From positions 1 through 64,000 of the IMG/VR virus record IMGVR_UViG_3300045580_000473: a DNA stretch of 64,000 nt, one strand, 5' to 3'. The DNA comes from a virus (taxonomy: Duplodnaviria > Caudoviricetes). Positions 16,815 through 26,033 of the stretch are shown here, piece by piece. The notes below the pieces were generated by a model that was not told the origin of the DNA, searched no databases, and worked only from the letters and a program-made list of their open reading frames with translations. Position 1 is the first letter of the stretch; each line of letters opens with the position of its first letter. A program made the translations under genes and the position numbers.

Positions 16815-19424
16815 TTAGGGCACCGTGAGTGACACCAGATTCCCCGACGGTTCCGGCCCGCTGGATAAGCTAGACCATACAGATGCGGGCGGTTGTTCCG
16901 GCGGCGTGGCGGCGGTGGTGGCAAACTGGTTTGTCCAGAAATGAATTTGGGCGTCAGGCGTGTACGTGGGCAGAGCCCCGAGATTTTTTCCGATATACCA
17001 CGCGTCCGACAACAATATGCCGGCGTCAACCGCGGGCTGCGAATCGGCCCAATAGAGGTATGCAAACACGCCGCCTTGTGATTGGGTGGCAGGGCTTCGA
17101 ACATAGTACGGCTTGTCTTGGTACGTGCCCGCGTACGTGTAGATGCCGGCAACGTCCGAACTCGTTTGTGTGACAAGCACAAATCCGGGGTCCGGCGGCG
17201 GCAAGCCCGGCGTCGTCAATGTGGCCGCGTTGCTATACGCGAGGACTTGAACCTGCTCGCCGCCGCAGAAAATATAAGAATACACCAGACACCGCCATTT
17301 ACTCCAGTTATCGGCGTACGTTAAGCCTGAAAGTTGCAGCGTCGGTTGGGAGTACGTGGGCCCCTCCATCCAATCGGTCCACGTAACGCCGTTATCGTTG
17401 GATCGCTGCCATTGATAACTGAAACCATTTTGCCCCCCGAATCCGACAAAATTCTTTGTGGCCTGCACGGAAAAAGCCGCCGCGGACCCGATGTTTGTTG
17501 AATAGTTTGTCGGATGCTGGGTAATCGTCATCGTAGGCACCGGCACAGTCAGCGTCACGGCGTTGCTGGCGACACTGACCGAGGGGTCGAGCGTAGACGT
17601 GGCAACCACGCGGTAGAGGGCACCATTTGAAAGATTCGCCATTCCGGTGGGCGTCGCGTAACTGTATATCCACAGGGCGGCCGAGATGCCGCCGGCCCAG
17701 TAAGCGTCAGTCGTGGTTTGATACAGCCGGCCGTTGCTGATATTTGTCCAACTGACGCCATTGTCGCTTGACGTCTGCCATTGAAACGTTTGCGAGCCGA
17801 TGGAGACCGTGCTGATAGCCGAAAAAAGAGCCGCGTGTTCAGAAGAGTACGGAACTGGATTGTTGGGGGCGGTGGGGCCGTAGCAGGCGTCGAGATCAGC
17901 CGTGTCATTTTGCGGCTGGCTCGTGAATGTGATGACAGGCACTACCGGCGTACCACTGGCAGTTAAGGCGTACGGGCCAGTCCCCTGACTGTTCACAGCG
18001 GCCACTCTAAATAGATAACTCACGCCGTTTGTCAGACCAGTCACAACAGCAGAAGTTGTTGTTGAAACGCCGTCGTTAAATGTTGTCCACGTCGAGCCGT
18101 TGTTCGACGAGTATTGCACGACGTAATTAGTAATGCTGTATCCTCCCGTGTTCGTCGGAGCAGCCCACGACAAAATAACTTGTGCATCGCCAAACGTCGC
18201 ACTGAGGCTTGTCGGGGCGGCGGGTGTCGTTAATACCGTATCAATCTTTGTGCCATCCCACAGAGCCACATACGTGCTGTCGCCGAGCATGACAAACCTG
18301 TCATTGCCGTATGCGATAGCGTTGTGTTTGACGCTTGCGGCTGAAGTTGTCTGCGACGCCCACGTATTCCCATCCCGCGAACAAAAAATATTTGAACTAA
18401 CACCAGTTTTGTTGCCGACCGCGACAAAAAGGCCGCCACCGAACGCAAGTCCAGTCACGGTGGTCGCAAGTTGCACGGCGTTTTGGCCCCACTCCCACGT
18501 ATTGCCGTTCGTTGTGGTGGCCAAAACCCGCGACGTGGAGAGCGTGCCAGTTTCTACCGCGACCGTTTTGTTATTGCCGACCCGGTGGAGAAGCGTGTTG
18601 AAAGACATGCCGGTGGGTGCCGCAGTCGTTTTTCGCCAATCCATATTCGTAGCCGCAAAATACCATTGCCCGTCGTGATCCTGTACGAGCCATCCGTCTG
18701 GCGTAGATATCAGCGTGCCCCACGCCGGATAGAAGGGCGTGACGGTTTGAGTTGCGGGGTCGTAGAACGTGTTCTCACACATGCCGATAAGGCTGCCGCC
18801 AAAAGCCTGAGCAATTGGGGTATTTGTGGCGTTGGCCGGCGGAACAGCAAACAATTCCCCGGGCCATGTGGGCTGGTTCACGCTACTCGGTCTGTGCCGG
18901 GAAACTAACTTGTACGGGATGTGTGAGGCCGAACCCCAATTGGCTATAGAGCACCCGTTGGCGGAAAAATTAGTTTCAATCCATGTGATCCCGTCATATG
19001 AATAAGCCAGCACAAGCGTTGCGGACGAGTAAGCATACTGGTCGCCAATTACAGCAAATACGGGGGCGGCTCCGCTGCCGGCCATCATGCCGTAAGCCAG
19101 TGAGTAGCCGGTAGTTATACGCTTGTTAAACGTGTATCGGAGCGTCCACGTTATACCGTCAAAAGACGTATATAACTTTGTTTTTAAATTCGCCTCGTTC
19201 ATGCCGCCATAAAACGGCTCCAAGCCCATACCCACGAACTGGCCGTCGCCGAACACAACCCCGTACCACGCCACGTTGGGTTTTTGACCGACCGTCCAAT
19301 TCAATATTTTGTTAGACGACAGCCGCTCTTCGTACACGATATTTGTGCCGAGGTAGCCACTGGCTACTGTTTGCGTGCCCAGTTTTAAAGCGGCGGGTGC
19401 GGCAGTGCCGAAAAATGTGGGCAT
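16815..19424 (-). CDS. Virion adhesin/fibre-associated protein with propeller-like repeats, fibronectin III and Ig-like domains
   Basis: S.DG.TW repeats; FN3 signature (W.AP...GG..IT.Y.VQY...GL.NG..Y.FRV.AVN..G.G); Ig-like QP...YQWQ.S.DNG..W domains. Confidence 0.75.
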   Translation of the reverse strand: MPTFFGTAAPAALKLGTQTVASGYLGTNIVYEERLSSNKILNWTVGQKPNVAWYGVVFGDGQFVGMGLEPFYGGMNEANLKTKLYTSFDGITWTLRYTFNKRITTGYSLAYGMMAGSGAAPVFAVIGDQYAYSSATLVLAYSYDGITWIETNFSANGCSIANWGSASHIPYKLVSRHRPSSVNQPTWPGELFAVPPANATNTPIAQAFGGSLIGMCENTFYDPATQTVTPFYPAWGTLISTPDGWLVQDHDGQWYFAATNMDWRKTTAAPTGMSFNTLLHRVGNNKTVAVETGTLSTSRVLATTTNGNTWEWGQNAVQLATTVTGLAFGGGLFVAVGNKTGVSSNIFCSRDGNTWASQTTSAASVKHNAIAYGNDRFVMLGDSTYVALWDGTKIDTVLTTPAAPTSLSATFGDAQVILSWAAPTNTGGYSITNYVVQYSSNNGSTWTTFNDGVSTTTSAVVTGLTNGVSYLFRVAAVNSQGTGPYALTASGTPVVPVITFTSQPQNDTADLDACYGPTAPNNPVPYSSEHAALFSAISTVSIGSQTFQWQTSSDNGVSWTNISNGRLYQTTTDAYWAGGISAALWIYSYATPTGMANLSNGALYRVVATSTLDPSVSVASNAVTLTVPVPTMTITQHPTNYSTNIGSAAAFSVQATKNFVGFGGQNGFSYQWQRSNDNGVTWTDWMEGPTYSQPTLQLSGLTYADNWSKWRCLVYSYIFCGGEQVQVLAYSNAATLTTPGLPPPDPGFVLVTQTSSDVAGIYTYAGTYQDKPYYVRSPATQSQGGVFAYLYWADSQPAVDAGILLSDAWYIGKNLGALPTYTPDAQIHFWTNQFATTAATPPEQPPASVWSSLSSGPEPSGNLVSLTVP

Positions 19425-19431
19425 GATTGTT

Positions 19432-19471
19432 GATAGCTAAAAAAAAGGGGCGAACGAATTTTCGTTGCCCC
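19432..19471 (-). terminator. Terminator with TTTTTTTAGCTATC tail (copy 4)
   Basis: GGGGCAACGAA/TTCGTTCGCCCC hairpin, T8, AGCTATC. Confidence 0.85.
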
Positions 19472-19481
19472 GATTCTACCA

Positions 19482-20105
19482 TCAGTCCCACAGTCCGCGA
19501 AGGTACTTTCCAAAGAGGCACAGGCCGTTTTGGATGCGGTTTTCGTGGGCTTTCATGGCCTCGAAGTCGTAGGTCGTCCGGGCCATCATTTCGGTAAACG
19601 AGATGCCCGGCTCGTCACTGGGCTTGGCCGGGTCTTTGTCTTTACTGAACTGCCCAGCTTCGTCGCCCTTCTCGATCTGTTCCCACGCCCAGATCATTTC
19701 GTCGATGACCCAGTCCCACCGTTTAAAGTGATTATCATCGACGCCGCCGTAATTCTCCTGCTCTGGAGTGAGCGGCGGGGCAGATGTCGATCGCAGATGC
19801 TCGGGCACGTCGGCGTCGTCCACATATGGGGCTCCCTGCTTTGTCTTCTGGAGCATTTTGAGCATCGGCACGACGATGACGCTGAGCGTGGCATCCATGC
19901 TCCAGACGTCGTAATAATCAATGCGGACCTTGATCCGCCGCTTTCGGCGTTCGTCGATCCATTCGCAGACGGCCTTGAGCCACGTCTTGTTCAGCCACTC
20001 ACCGATCTTGTGGCAGCGGTCTTCGGAGACGCCGACGTACTGAAGCAAATCGGCAATTTGATAGGGGCCGATCCAACTTACGTAGGGGCCGAGATATACC
20101 TTCAC
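19482..20105 (-). CDS. Conserved phage hypothetical protein
   Basis: GTG start after AAGGAG; D.WSMD.TL...P.L and GL.LFGKY...LWD motifs typical of large-phage ORFs. Confidence 0.65.
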   Translation of the reverse strand: MKVYLGPYVSWIGPYQIADLLQYVGVSEDRCHKIGEWLNKTWLKAVCEWIDERRKRRIKVRIDYYDVWSMDATLSVIVVPMLKMLQKTKQGAPYVDDADVPEHLRSTSAPPLTPEQENYGGVDDNHFKRWDWVIDEMIWAWEQIEKGDEAGQFSKDKDPAKPSDEPGISFTEMMARTTYDFEAMKAHENRIQNGLCLFGKYLRGLWD

Positions 20106-20395
20106 GGTGCACTCCTTGCAGGTTTTTGAAACCGGGGGAACTGGTGCTTGCAGTCGGGGCACATCCAGTACGACACGCCGTCATAGTGATCAATGTGGTC
20201 GTACGGGAGTTCTACGCCGATGATCCGGCTGAACTTGTACGGCGGGGAATAGCACTGTTGGATATACGCCCGCAGTTCCTCGTCCGTCTTGTCTTTGGTC
20301 CAGTCTTGCGGGCGGAGCACGTCGAAGATGTCGCCGCCGTCCCAGCTAGCACTGCATTCGGGGCAGTTGCCGTGATGGTCGAGTTTAGTGGTCAT
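20102..20395 (-). CDS. Zinc-ribbon hypothetical protein
   Basis: CPEC...CPDC. Confidence 0.55.
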   Translation of the reverse strand: MTTKLDHHGNCPECSASWDGGDIFDVLRPQDWTKDKTDEELRAYIQQCYSPPYKFSRIIGVELPYDHIDHYDGVSYWMCPDCKHQFPRFQKPARSAP

Positions 20396-20754
20396 TGTGC
20401 GAAAGCTCCACAGCGAGGGCGTGAATGACAAGCTCGGCGACGTAGAGCCGATACTCGTCGTAAGGCCAGTTGATGAGTTGTTTTTGGTCTTCGTGCGGCT
20501 CGATGTCAAACATCGCCACGCCGTCGATCACGGACAGGGTGCACGAGAACTTGTTCTGGTCCAGCCAATAGCCGACTTCTTTAAGCCGGTCAAGCTGGGC
20601 ATCGTTTCGCACCCGACCGAGCAGGATATTAACAGAAAAACAGTCTTTGTCGTCGGCCATTGTGAGCGGCACCTCTGGGGGTAAAGACAACAATACCGAC
20701 CGGGTCGGGCTAGGTGGCGGTCCCTAGCCCGAGCCCGGAGTATAGCACGTGAGA

Positions 20755-21540
20755 TCAGACGTTACCGGCTGCGATTTGGCACACAGTCGGAGCAATCCGC
20801 TTGAAGCCGTCGACGATAACGGCATATTCGCTCGGCTTGCGGCCGGCTTGCGGCTTCTTCCGTTTGTCGTGCCGGCTCTCACGGCGGTTCAGAGGAAACG
20901 GCAAAAACCGAACCTCTTCATTCACGTCGAGCGGCCAATTCCCATAACGGTCAAACTGCCGCACAGCGTCGCGTAGCTTGGCCGGGGTCTCGTATTCTAC
21001 GATCCGATTTCCATTGTCGGAGTAGATTTTGCTGACGTATTTGCCCACGACAAAACCGTCAAGCAACCCGAAAAAGGAGCGGCGTAAAGCCATGGCCAAT
21101 ACACATTTGCGGCCGTCGCGAGTGGTGGCTTTAACGATATCAGACGCCTCCACCTTAAACTTCATCGGCTCGTTCGCCCAACCTACCCATTTCCCATTTT
21201 TCTGCTGCCGCCACGTAATAGGTTCGGGCGGATATTTAGAACGATCAATCTCGCGGAATTTCCGCGGTTTTGAACCGGTAGATTCTGGGCTCTTCTTGGA
21301 GCCCTTCACAACCGGGCTCGCGGGCTTGGCACCCTTGCCAAGCTTCTTGCGAGCCTTCTTCTTTTCCGCCCGTTCAGCAGGCGAAGGCACGTCCACCTTG
21401 GAATATTGTCCGGCCTTCCGGGACTTATCAGTCGACTTCTTTGCCGCCGATGACGGCTTCTTGTTCGTCGGCTTACGAGCGGACGACTTGCGGGAGTTAA
21501 CCCGCTTTGGCCCTTGCGGACCTTTGGCCTTCTTGGCCAT
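20755..21540 (-). CDS. Lys-rich (histone H1-like N-terminus) putative nucleic-acid-binding protein
   Basis: About 90 aa of K/S/A/R-rich sequence; C-terminal domain paralogous to ORF 21616-21996. Confidence 0.6.
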   Translation of the reverse strand: MAKKAKGPQGPKRVNSRKSSARKPTNKKPSSAAKKSTDKSRKAGQYSKVDVPSPAERAEKKKARKKLGKGAKPASPVVKGSKKSPESTGSKPRKFREIDRSKYPPEPITWRQQKNGKWVGWANEPMKFKVEASDIVKATTRDGRKCVLAMALRRSFFGLLDGFVVGKYVSKIYSDNGNRIVEYETPAKLRDAVRQFDRYGNWPLDVNEEVRFLPFPLNRRESRHDKRKKPQAGRKPSEYAVIVDGFKRIAPTVCQIAAGNV

Positions 21541-21615
21541 GTTGTTCTTCTCCGAAGTAGAACAGCCGGGTTAGGTTTTGACGCTAACCCGGCTGCGTGA
21601 ATTGGTGATTGACGT

Positions 21616-21996
21616 TTACCGACTACTCCGCTTTCTGTAGCGAAGCGAGTAGGGTTTAAACACAACAGGGCCCGCGACACCTACACGCCCGCTTTTGTCG
21701 TAGTCGACGATGGCGTCGCGTACAAAATTGGGCGTGCGGAACGCCACGGTCCGCGAACCGGGTGAACGACTTTTTGGCGAATGCACATAGAATTTCGTAG
21801 TGCAACGCCCGATTTCAACGCCATTAATCCATAAACCAAACTGATCGCGGAACGCCGCAAGCAGTTCGATTTTGTCGAAGACAACACCGGTTTCTTTCTC
21901 CGCGTCTATCTCCGTTAGTGAGCCGTTGAACTTGAACGCCTTGTTCGCAAAACCGGTTTTACGGTTTCGCCAAGTAATTGCCTTTGCGGTGGCCAT
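21616..21996 (-). CDS. Hypothetical protein, paralogue of the C-terminal domain of 20755-21540
   Basis: Shared ITWR..K.G and TP...RDA...[YF]D..G motifs. Confidence 0.6.
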   Translation of the reverse strand: MATAKAITWRNRKTGFANKAFKFNGSLTEIDAEKETGVVFDKIELLAAFRDQFGLWINGVEIGRCTTKFYVHSPKSRSPGSRTVAFRTPNFVRDAIVDYDKSGRVGVAGPVVFKPYSLRYRKRSSR

Positions 21997-22065
21997 GCCT
22001 ATGAACTCCTGTATTCGCGTGAGGAACCCGCGGCGACGTTGCCCGGGCTTAAAACTGACATAAAA

Positions 22066-22353
22066 CTAAGCCGCGGCGGGTTCGGGTTCGTCCTTACCCT
22101 GCAACGTATTCAACACGGTGTCGGCGTCGCCCAAGCAGGCAGCCGTCAGCAGAATGATCAGATGCGTGATCGAGAACTCGGTGGGCTCGGCCAGCGTCAC
22201 GCCGGGCATAGTGCCCTGCAGTTTGGCCGCCGAGCATTCAGACAATCGGAGCAGATGCGTGAGACTGATTGCCGTTCTCAGATCGTGGGCTGTCCCCACG
22301 AAATCGTCGGGTGCGTTGAGCTTGCCGCCGATGCAATAGAAGTTCAGTTCCAT
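22066..22353 (-). CDS. Hypothetical protein
   Basis: ATG at 22353, downstream of the tmRNA terminator. Confidence 0.5.
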   Translation of the reverse strand: MELNFYCIGGKLNAPDDFVGTAHDLRTAISLTHLLRLSECSAAKLQGTMPGVTLAEPTEFSITHLIILLTAACLGDADTVLNTLQGKDEPEPAAA

Positions 22354-22376
22354 AAACTCTGCTTTCGTTAGGGGAC

Positions 22377-22410
22377 AAAAAAAGCCCGGACAGCGAAGTT
22401 GCTGCCGGGC
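22377..22410 (-). terminator. Intrinsic terminator of tmRNA
   Basis: GCCCGGCAGC-loop-GCTGTCCGGGC followed by T7. Confidence 0.8.
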
Positions 22411-22419
22411 TATGAGAAG

Positions 22420-22766
22420 TGGAGCCGGCCGGATTTGCACCGGCGTCCGGCGATATATCCAACTAAAACGTCTACATGCGTAGCCTGTTGTGCTTGTCAG
22501 CAGGCAAACCAGTCGGACTCACCCGACAGCAGGTGGGCTACCACCATCTGTGCCTGTCTTTGCAGGCCGTCAGGCGTCTTTCCGCCGGTCCGCACGGTGG
22601 GCGATGATGCCGTGCCATCACCCGATCACTGCGTACTAGGCAGCGAGAGCGGGAGCACTGTTGAAAGTGCCAATTAACAATTTAATCGAGTTTTAACGTG
22701 GCCACCCGATCAACCACGGCATGCAGTCTTAATCTTCCTTATCCCGTCGAATCTAGAATCGGCCCC
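22420..22766 (-). ncRNA. ssrA: tmRNA, tag peptide GTFNSAPALAA (22671-22636)
   Basis: 5' GGGGCCGATTCTAGATTCGACGG; 3' T arm and CGGCTCCA giving an acceptor stem with G3:U70; internal tag ORF ending ALAA-stop. Confidence 0.93.
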
Positions 22767-22821
22767 TTGTTGCCACCCATTTTACGGCGATCCGAAGGCT
22801 GGGTAGCCCCACCAAAACTAA

Positions 22822-22895
22822 CGAGCACAATGGGACTTGAACCCACAACCTCCAGCGTGACAGGCTGGCGATCTAACCAATTGATCTATGTGCCC
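22822..22895 (-). tRNA. tRNA-Asp(GTC)
   Basis: Cloverleaf; anticodon arm CCAGC-CTGTCAC-GCTGG. Confidence 0.93.
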
Positions 22896-23279
22896 AAAAC
22901 ACAGTACGTCAGGTTTAGTGCTGCTTCTTTATCCTGACACGGCCGAGTATGAAGTTATCTCTGGCACTATACCGCTGTGTTTTTGTTTTGCAACCGTCGC
23001 CCCCGCTCTGGCCTAGGGCATGGAGCCCGCTGGTCACGTGGCACGTGACCGTTCAGCCAGAGCAGGGACGACGGAAGATCACATCCTACACATGGCAGGC
23101 GTGGCTGCCCAGATTATATGCGTAAAGTCACGCTTTGCGTTGCTTTTTGCATATGAAAAGCGTGGTTTATTCCGGTTGCACCACCACGAGGTTGTTTAAA
23201 CACCGGACCTTCTGCTGCTTGGTAGCGTTGTGGGGCAAAGCAGCCTGCACGCATCCCACGAACGTGCCCAATCGGGCAT

Positions 23280-23352
23280 TGACCCCACGGAGATTCGAAC
23301 TCCGGTTCCCGCCGTGAAAGGGCGGTGTCCTAGGCCACTAGACGATGGGGCC
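23280..23352 (-). tRNA. tRNA-Glu(TTC)
   Basis: Cloverleaf; anticodon arm CCGCC-CTTTCAC-GGCGG. Confidence 0.95.
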
Positions 23353-23356
23353 GCGA

Positions 23357-23656
23357 TCACCAGTCCTGCCAGTACATGTTCGCCCGCTTGATAGCGACGT
23401 CCATGTTCTTACGCCCGACTGGATTCGCGGAGTGTATCAGAACTTCCATCGGCGGGAGCAGCTTTTTATACGCCGCCTCTTCGATGAACTTGGCCACGTC
23501 ATAACCGGTTTTCTCTGACTCTTCGCCCAGATCGTGATCCAGCGAGATGCACGTCACAAGCCCTGTGCGAAGCGTGCGAATGGCCACGTCGGCGTCTTTG
23601 AGCCAGACGTCAAAATCATCCGGCTTTTCTCGGACATCATCGAGCCAGAGTCTCAT
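23357..23656 (-). CDS. Cyclic-phosphate-processing receiver (cREC)-like domain protein
   Basis: LWLDDVR, ISLDHDLG, GYDV and HSANPVG motifs. Confidence 0.8.
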   Translation of the reverse strand: MRLWLDDVREKPDDFDVWLKDADVAIRTLRTGLVTCISLDHDLGEESEKTGYDVAKFIEEAAYKKLLPPMEVLIHSANPVGRKNMDVAIKRANMYWQDW

Positions 23657-23990
23657 CGTAGTACGCCTTGTCCTTTTCTTTTAGTGATTCGAGGTGACGA
23701 TCTACAGCCGCAAACATCCATTCTCGAAGAGCAGTGCTGCCCTCTGATAGTTCCATGTCGTCAGGAATCGGCTCAAGGGCTTCAATCGGAACAGCGGTGC
23801 CATACGGAGCCCCGGTGTCCCAGTGATACTCTGTGGACAGGAACACGCTGCCGAACTTTTCACGCAGGCCGATAAAACCTTTTTCTTCTTCGTGAAAAAC
23901 GCCGAGACTGAAGTTTCGGCACGGGACGTAATACAACCATCGCGGCTTACAGTCGGCCAGCGGGATCATTCTAGGCGTTGGACGCGGCAT
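23637..23990 (-). CDS. Hypothetical protein
   Basis: RNF..GVF...GFIGLREKFG...EYHWD motif; tightly packed in the operon. Confidence 0.55.
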   Translation of the reverse strand: MPRPTPRMIPLADCKPRWLYYVPCRNFSLGVFHEEEKGFIGLREKFGSVFLSTEYHWDTGAPYGTAVPIEALEPIPDDMELSEGSTALREWMFAAVDRHLESLKEKDKAYYDETLAR

Positions 23991-24402
23991 CGGGATTCTC
24001 CTTGGCGTGAGAGATTTGCGGGAAACCAGTCGCCGCGAGCCATGCCGCGACCTTTTCAGGATTCAGTTCAAACAACACGCGAACTTTGAACCGCGGCTCT
24101 CCGACGCTGAGAATCATTACTGGCGGCGGATCAAACTGCTGGTTAGCAATCGTAAGCATCTCGCCGTGCTCGACCAGATTGGGCCAGTACTCTGAGCGTT
24201 CATAATTCCACAGGCTCGCCTCGTCAAACGCGACCGCGGCAACGAGGTCGGTGAGAGCGTTAAAGCCGAGTTTGTCTAACCCGTCCTGCGGATTGATAAA
24301 AGCACGCAGGTCGACCTCGTCTTCCAGCGTGACCTTTTTATCGGGGTGCACGGTCAGGAGCTTGGCGAACTTCTTGACCGTATATTTGTATTTCTTGTCC
24401 AT
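23971..24402 (-). CDS. Hypothetical protein
   Basis: GGAGG Shine-Dalgarno before ATG at 24402. Confidence 0.6.
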   Translation of the reverse strand: MDKKYKYTVKKFAKLLTVHPDKKVTLEDEVDLRAFINPQDGLDKLGFNALTDLVAAVAFDEASLWNYERSEYWPNLVEHGEMLTIANQQFDPPPVMILSVGEPRFKVRVLFELNPEKVAAWLAATGFPQISHAKENPDAASNA

Positions 24403-24545
24403 GTCGCCTCCGTGTAGAAAAAGGGCGGGCACAGCAGCCTTGGGCAAACTGCCATGCCCGCCCCAAAAAGACCCGCGGAAGTGAGCGTCGCACCGAGTTC
24501 CCCAGTTCGACGCCCCGCGGGTTTGCTACCGGGCCATGATGCACG

Positions 24546-25046
24546 TCAGCCGAGACTGGCGAGCGGTGCACCCGGTGTGTTTGACGGCATTTTAACGGTT
24601 GGTACATGTGCGGCATACAGAGCTTCAAATTCCATCAAAATTTCTTTGACTTCTTGGTATTTGTTTGCTGCTGCTTCTGCCGTGGCGTAACAACCAATGT
24701 AATGCGTTTTACCGTGTCTACAAACGGCAACGTGATACGGCCGAGACTTATACTCAGGCCGATATCGTACGCCGGGCGGCAAATCTAATTTTCTCCGCCT
24801 ACGTGTATTTCTCGTGTTAAGTGACACGGTAGCTGGTCGCAGATTTTCAAGCCTATTGTCGAGTCGGTCACCGTTGACGTGATCGAGCATTGGTGGCACC
24901 GTGCCATGCGTGAGTTCCCATACATAACGATGTAAACGAACTAAAGGATTTTTGCGACCATTTGGTCGGCCAACGGCGTATCCTTTTTGCACATACCACT
25001 TGCAACGCTCAAGCACCCACGAATATTCCGAATCGACTTTGATCAT
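24546..25046 (-). CDS. Free-standing HNH homing endonuclease with an AP2-like domain
   Basis: LHR...DHVNGDRLDNRLENLR, then PGV...YIG.Y.T.E.AA; ATGA overlap with the upstream gene. Confidence 0.9.
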   Translation of the reverse strand: MIKVDSEYSWVLERCKWYVQKGYAVGRPNGRKNPLVRLHRYVWELTHGTVPPMLDHVNGDRLDNRLENLRPATVSLNTRNTRRRRKLDLPPGVRYRPEYKSRPYHVAVCRHGKTHYIGCYATAEAAANKYQEVKEILMEFEALYAAHVPTVKMPSNTPGAPLASLG

Positions 25047-25420
25047 CTGCCGTACCTTTTGCACGCATAATAGCGTCCGTTACGACCTAGTGCAACGCCC
25101 TGATCAACCACGGCCCAGCCATTGCGGCTGTAGCAGCAGTTGTTCAGAGCCTCTTCGGGGCTGGACCCCATGCCGACGCCTTCGTAGCCCGAGTTGCCGC
25201 CAAAGTGCTGCATCACGCAGCGACTGGCCATCATCTCCGCCACGCCCTGTGCCGAGCCCGTGGAGCCGGCAGAACAACCCGTTGAACCAGCCGTGTAATT
25301 CGTTACACGCGGCGTCGAGGTAGTCGGGGTCGTCGTGTAGTTCGAGCGACGCCACCGCGGAGCGGCCTCCGCCGTCGCGGCCACGCACAGAACCAGAAGG
25401 GCCATCAGAATGCGAATCAT
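25043..25420 (-). CDS. Secreted Cys-containing protein (minimal CAP-like)
   Basis: Signal peptide; AE.MA...M.H.GG...YEGVG...CC...YACKRY. Confidence 0.55.
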   Translation of the reverse strand: MIRILMALLVLCVAATAEAAPRWRRSNYTTTPTTSTPRVTNYTAGSTGCSAGSTGSAQGVAEMMASRCVMQHFGGNSGYEGVGMGSSPEEALNNCCYSRNGWAVVDQGVALGRNGRYYACKRYGR

Positions 25421-25491
25421 GCAATCCTCCGTGAAAGCCTGCCGGTGGTGTGCCCGGCAAAGATGTTTTTACGCCCCACACCGGGCGAGAA

Positions 25492-25776
25492 TCACTTGTT
25501 GAACCGCGTGAGCGTCTTTACCTTGCCCGCGTCTTCGACCAGAATCCACGTCTTCGGCCGGTCGTCTTCCTTGCTGGTAAACCCGCGAAACTCGTCGAGG
25601 TTGTAGCAGTAAGCTGCCGCCTCGAACGGGCCGTTGTCGACCACGCAGACAATCGCCCCCATCTGCTCCTTGATAAAGAACTCGGCCTCGTCCTGCGTGA
25701 TCTCGATGCCGTCCAGTTCCTTGCAGATGGTTTCGGCCTTGCCCTTGGGCTCGGCCGTCTGGATGTAATAACCCAT
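25492..25776 (-). CDS. Hypothetical protein
   Basis: MGYYI start after AAAGGA; VCVVDNGPFEAA motif. Confidence 0.55.
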   Translation of the reverse strand: MGYYIQTAEPKGKAETICKELDGIEITQDEAEFFIKEQMGAIVCVVDNGPFEAAAYCYNLDEFRGFTSKEDDRPKTWILVEDAGKVKTLTRFNK

Positions 25777-26033
25777 CACGTGTCCTTTCTGTAAAGAGAG
25801 AAACATCAGGCCGCGAGGTCAGCGATCTTTTCCTCGCGATACTTGTTGACGCTGTTCGCCTTCCCTGCCCACGACAGCATCGTCTCGACCGAACTTTGCG
25901 GATAGAACCGCGTGTACTCGCCCTTCACGGTGAGTACGCCTTCCCGATTAATCCCGACAATCTTGCCACCGTCAAACTCACCGCCAATGCGAAGAATGTT
26001 CATGGAAAGTCCTTTGGGGGAAAAAGGCCCTAG

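Noticed and set aside
24400-25064. Possible group I intron housing the HNH gene
   Set aside because: The flanking genes look intact, the HNH is translationally coupled to its neighbour, and no P7 core was recognised.
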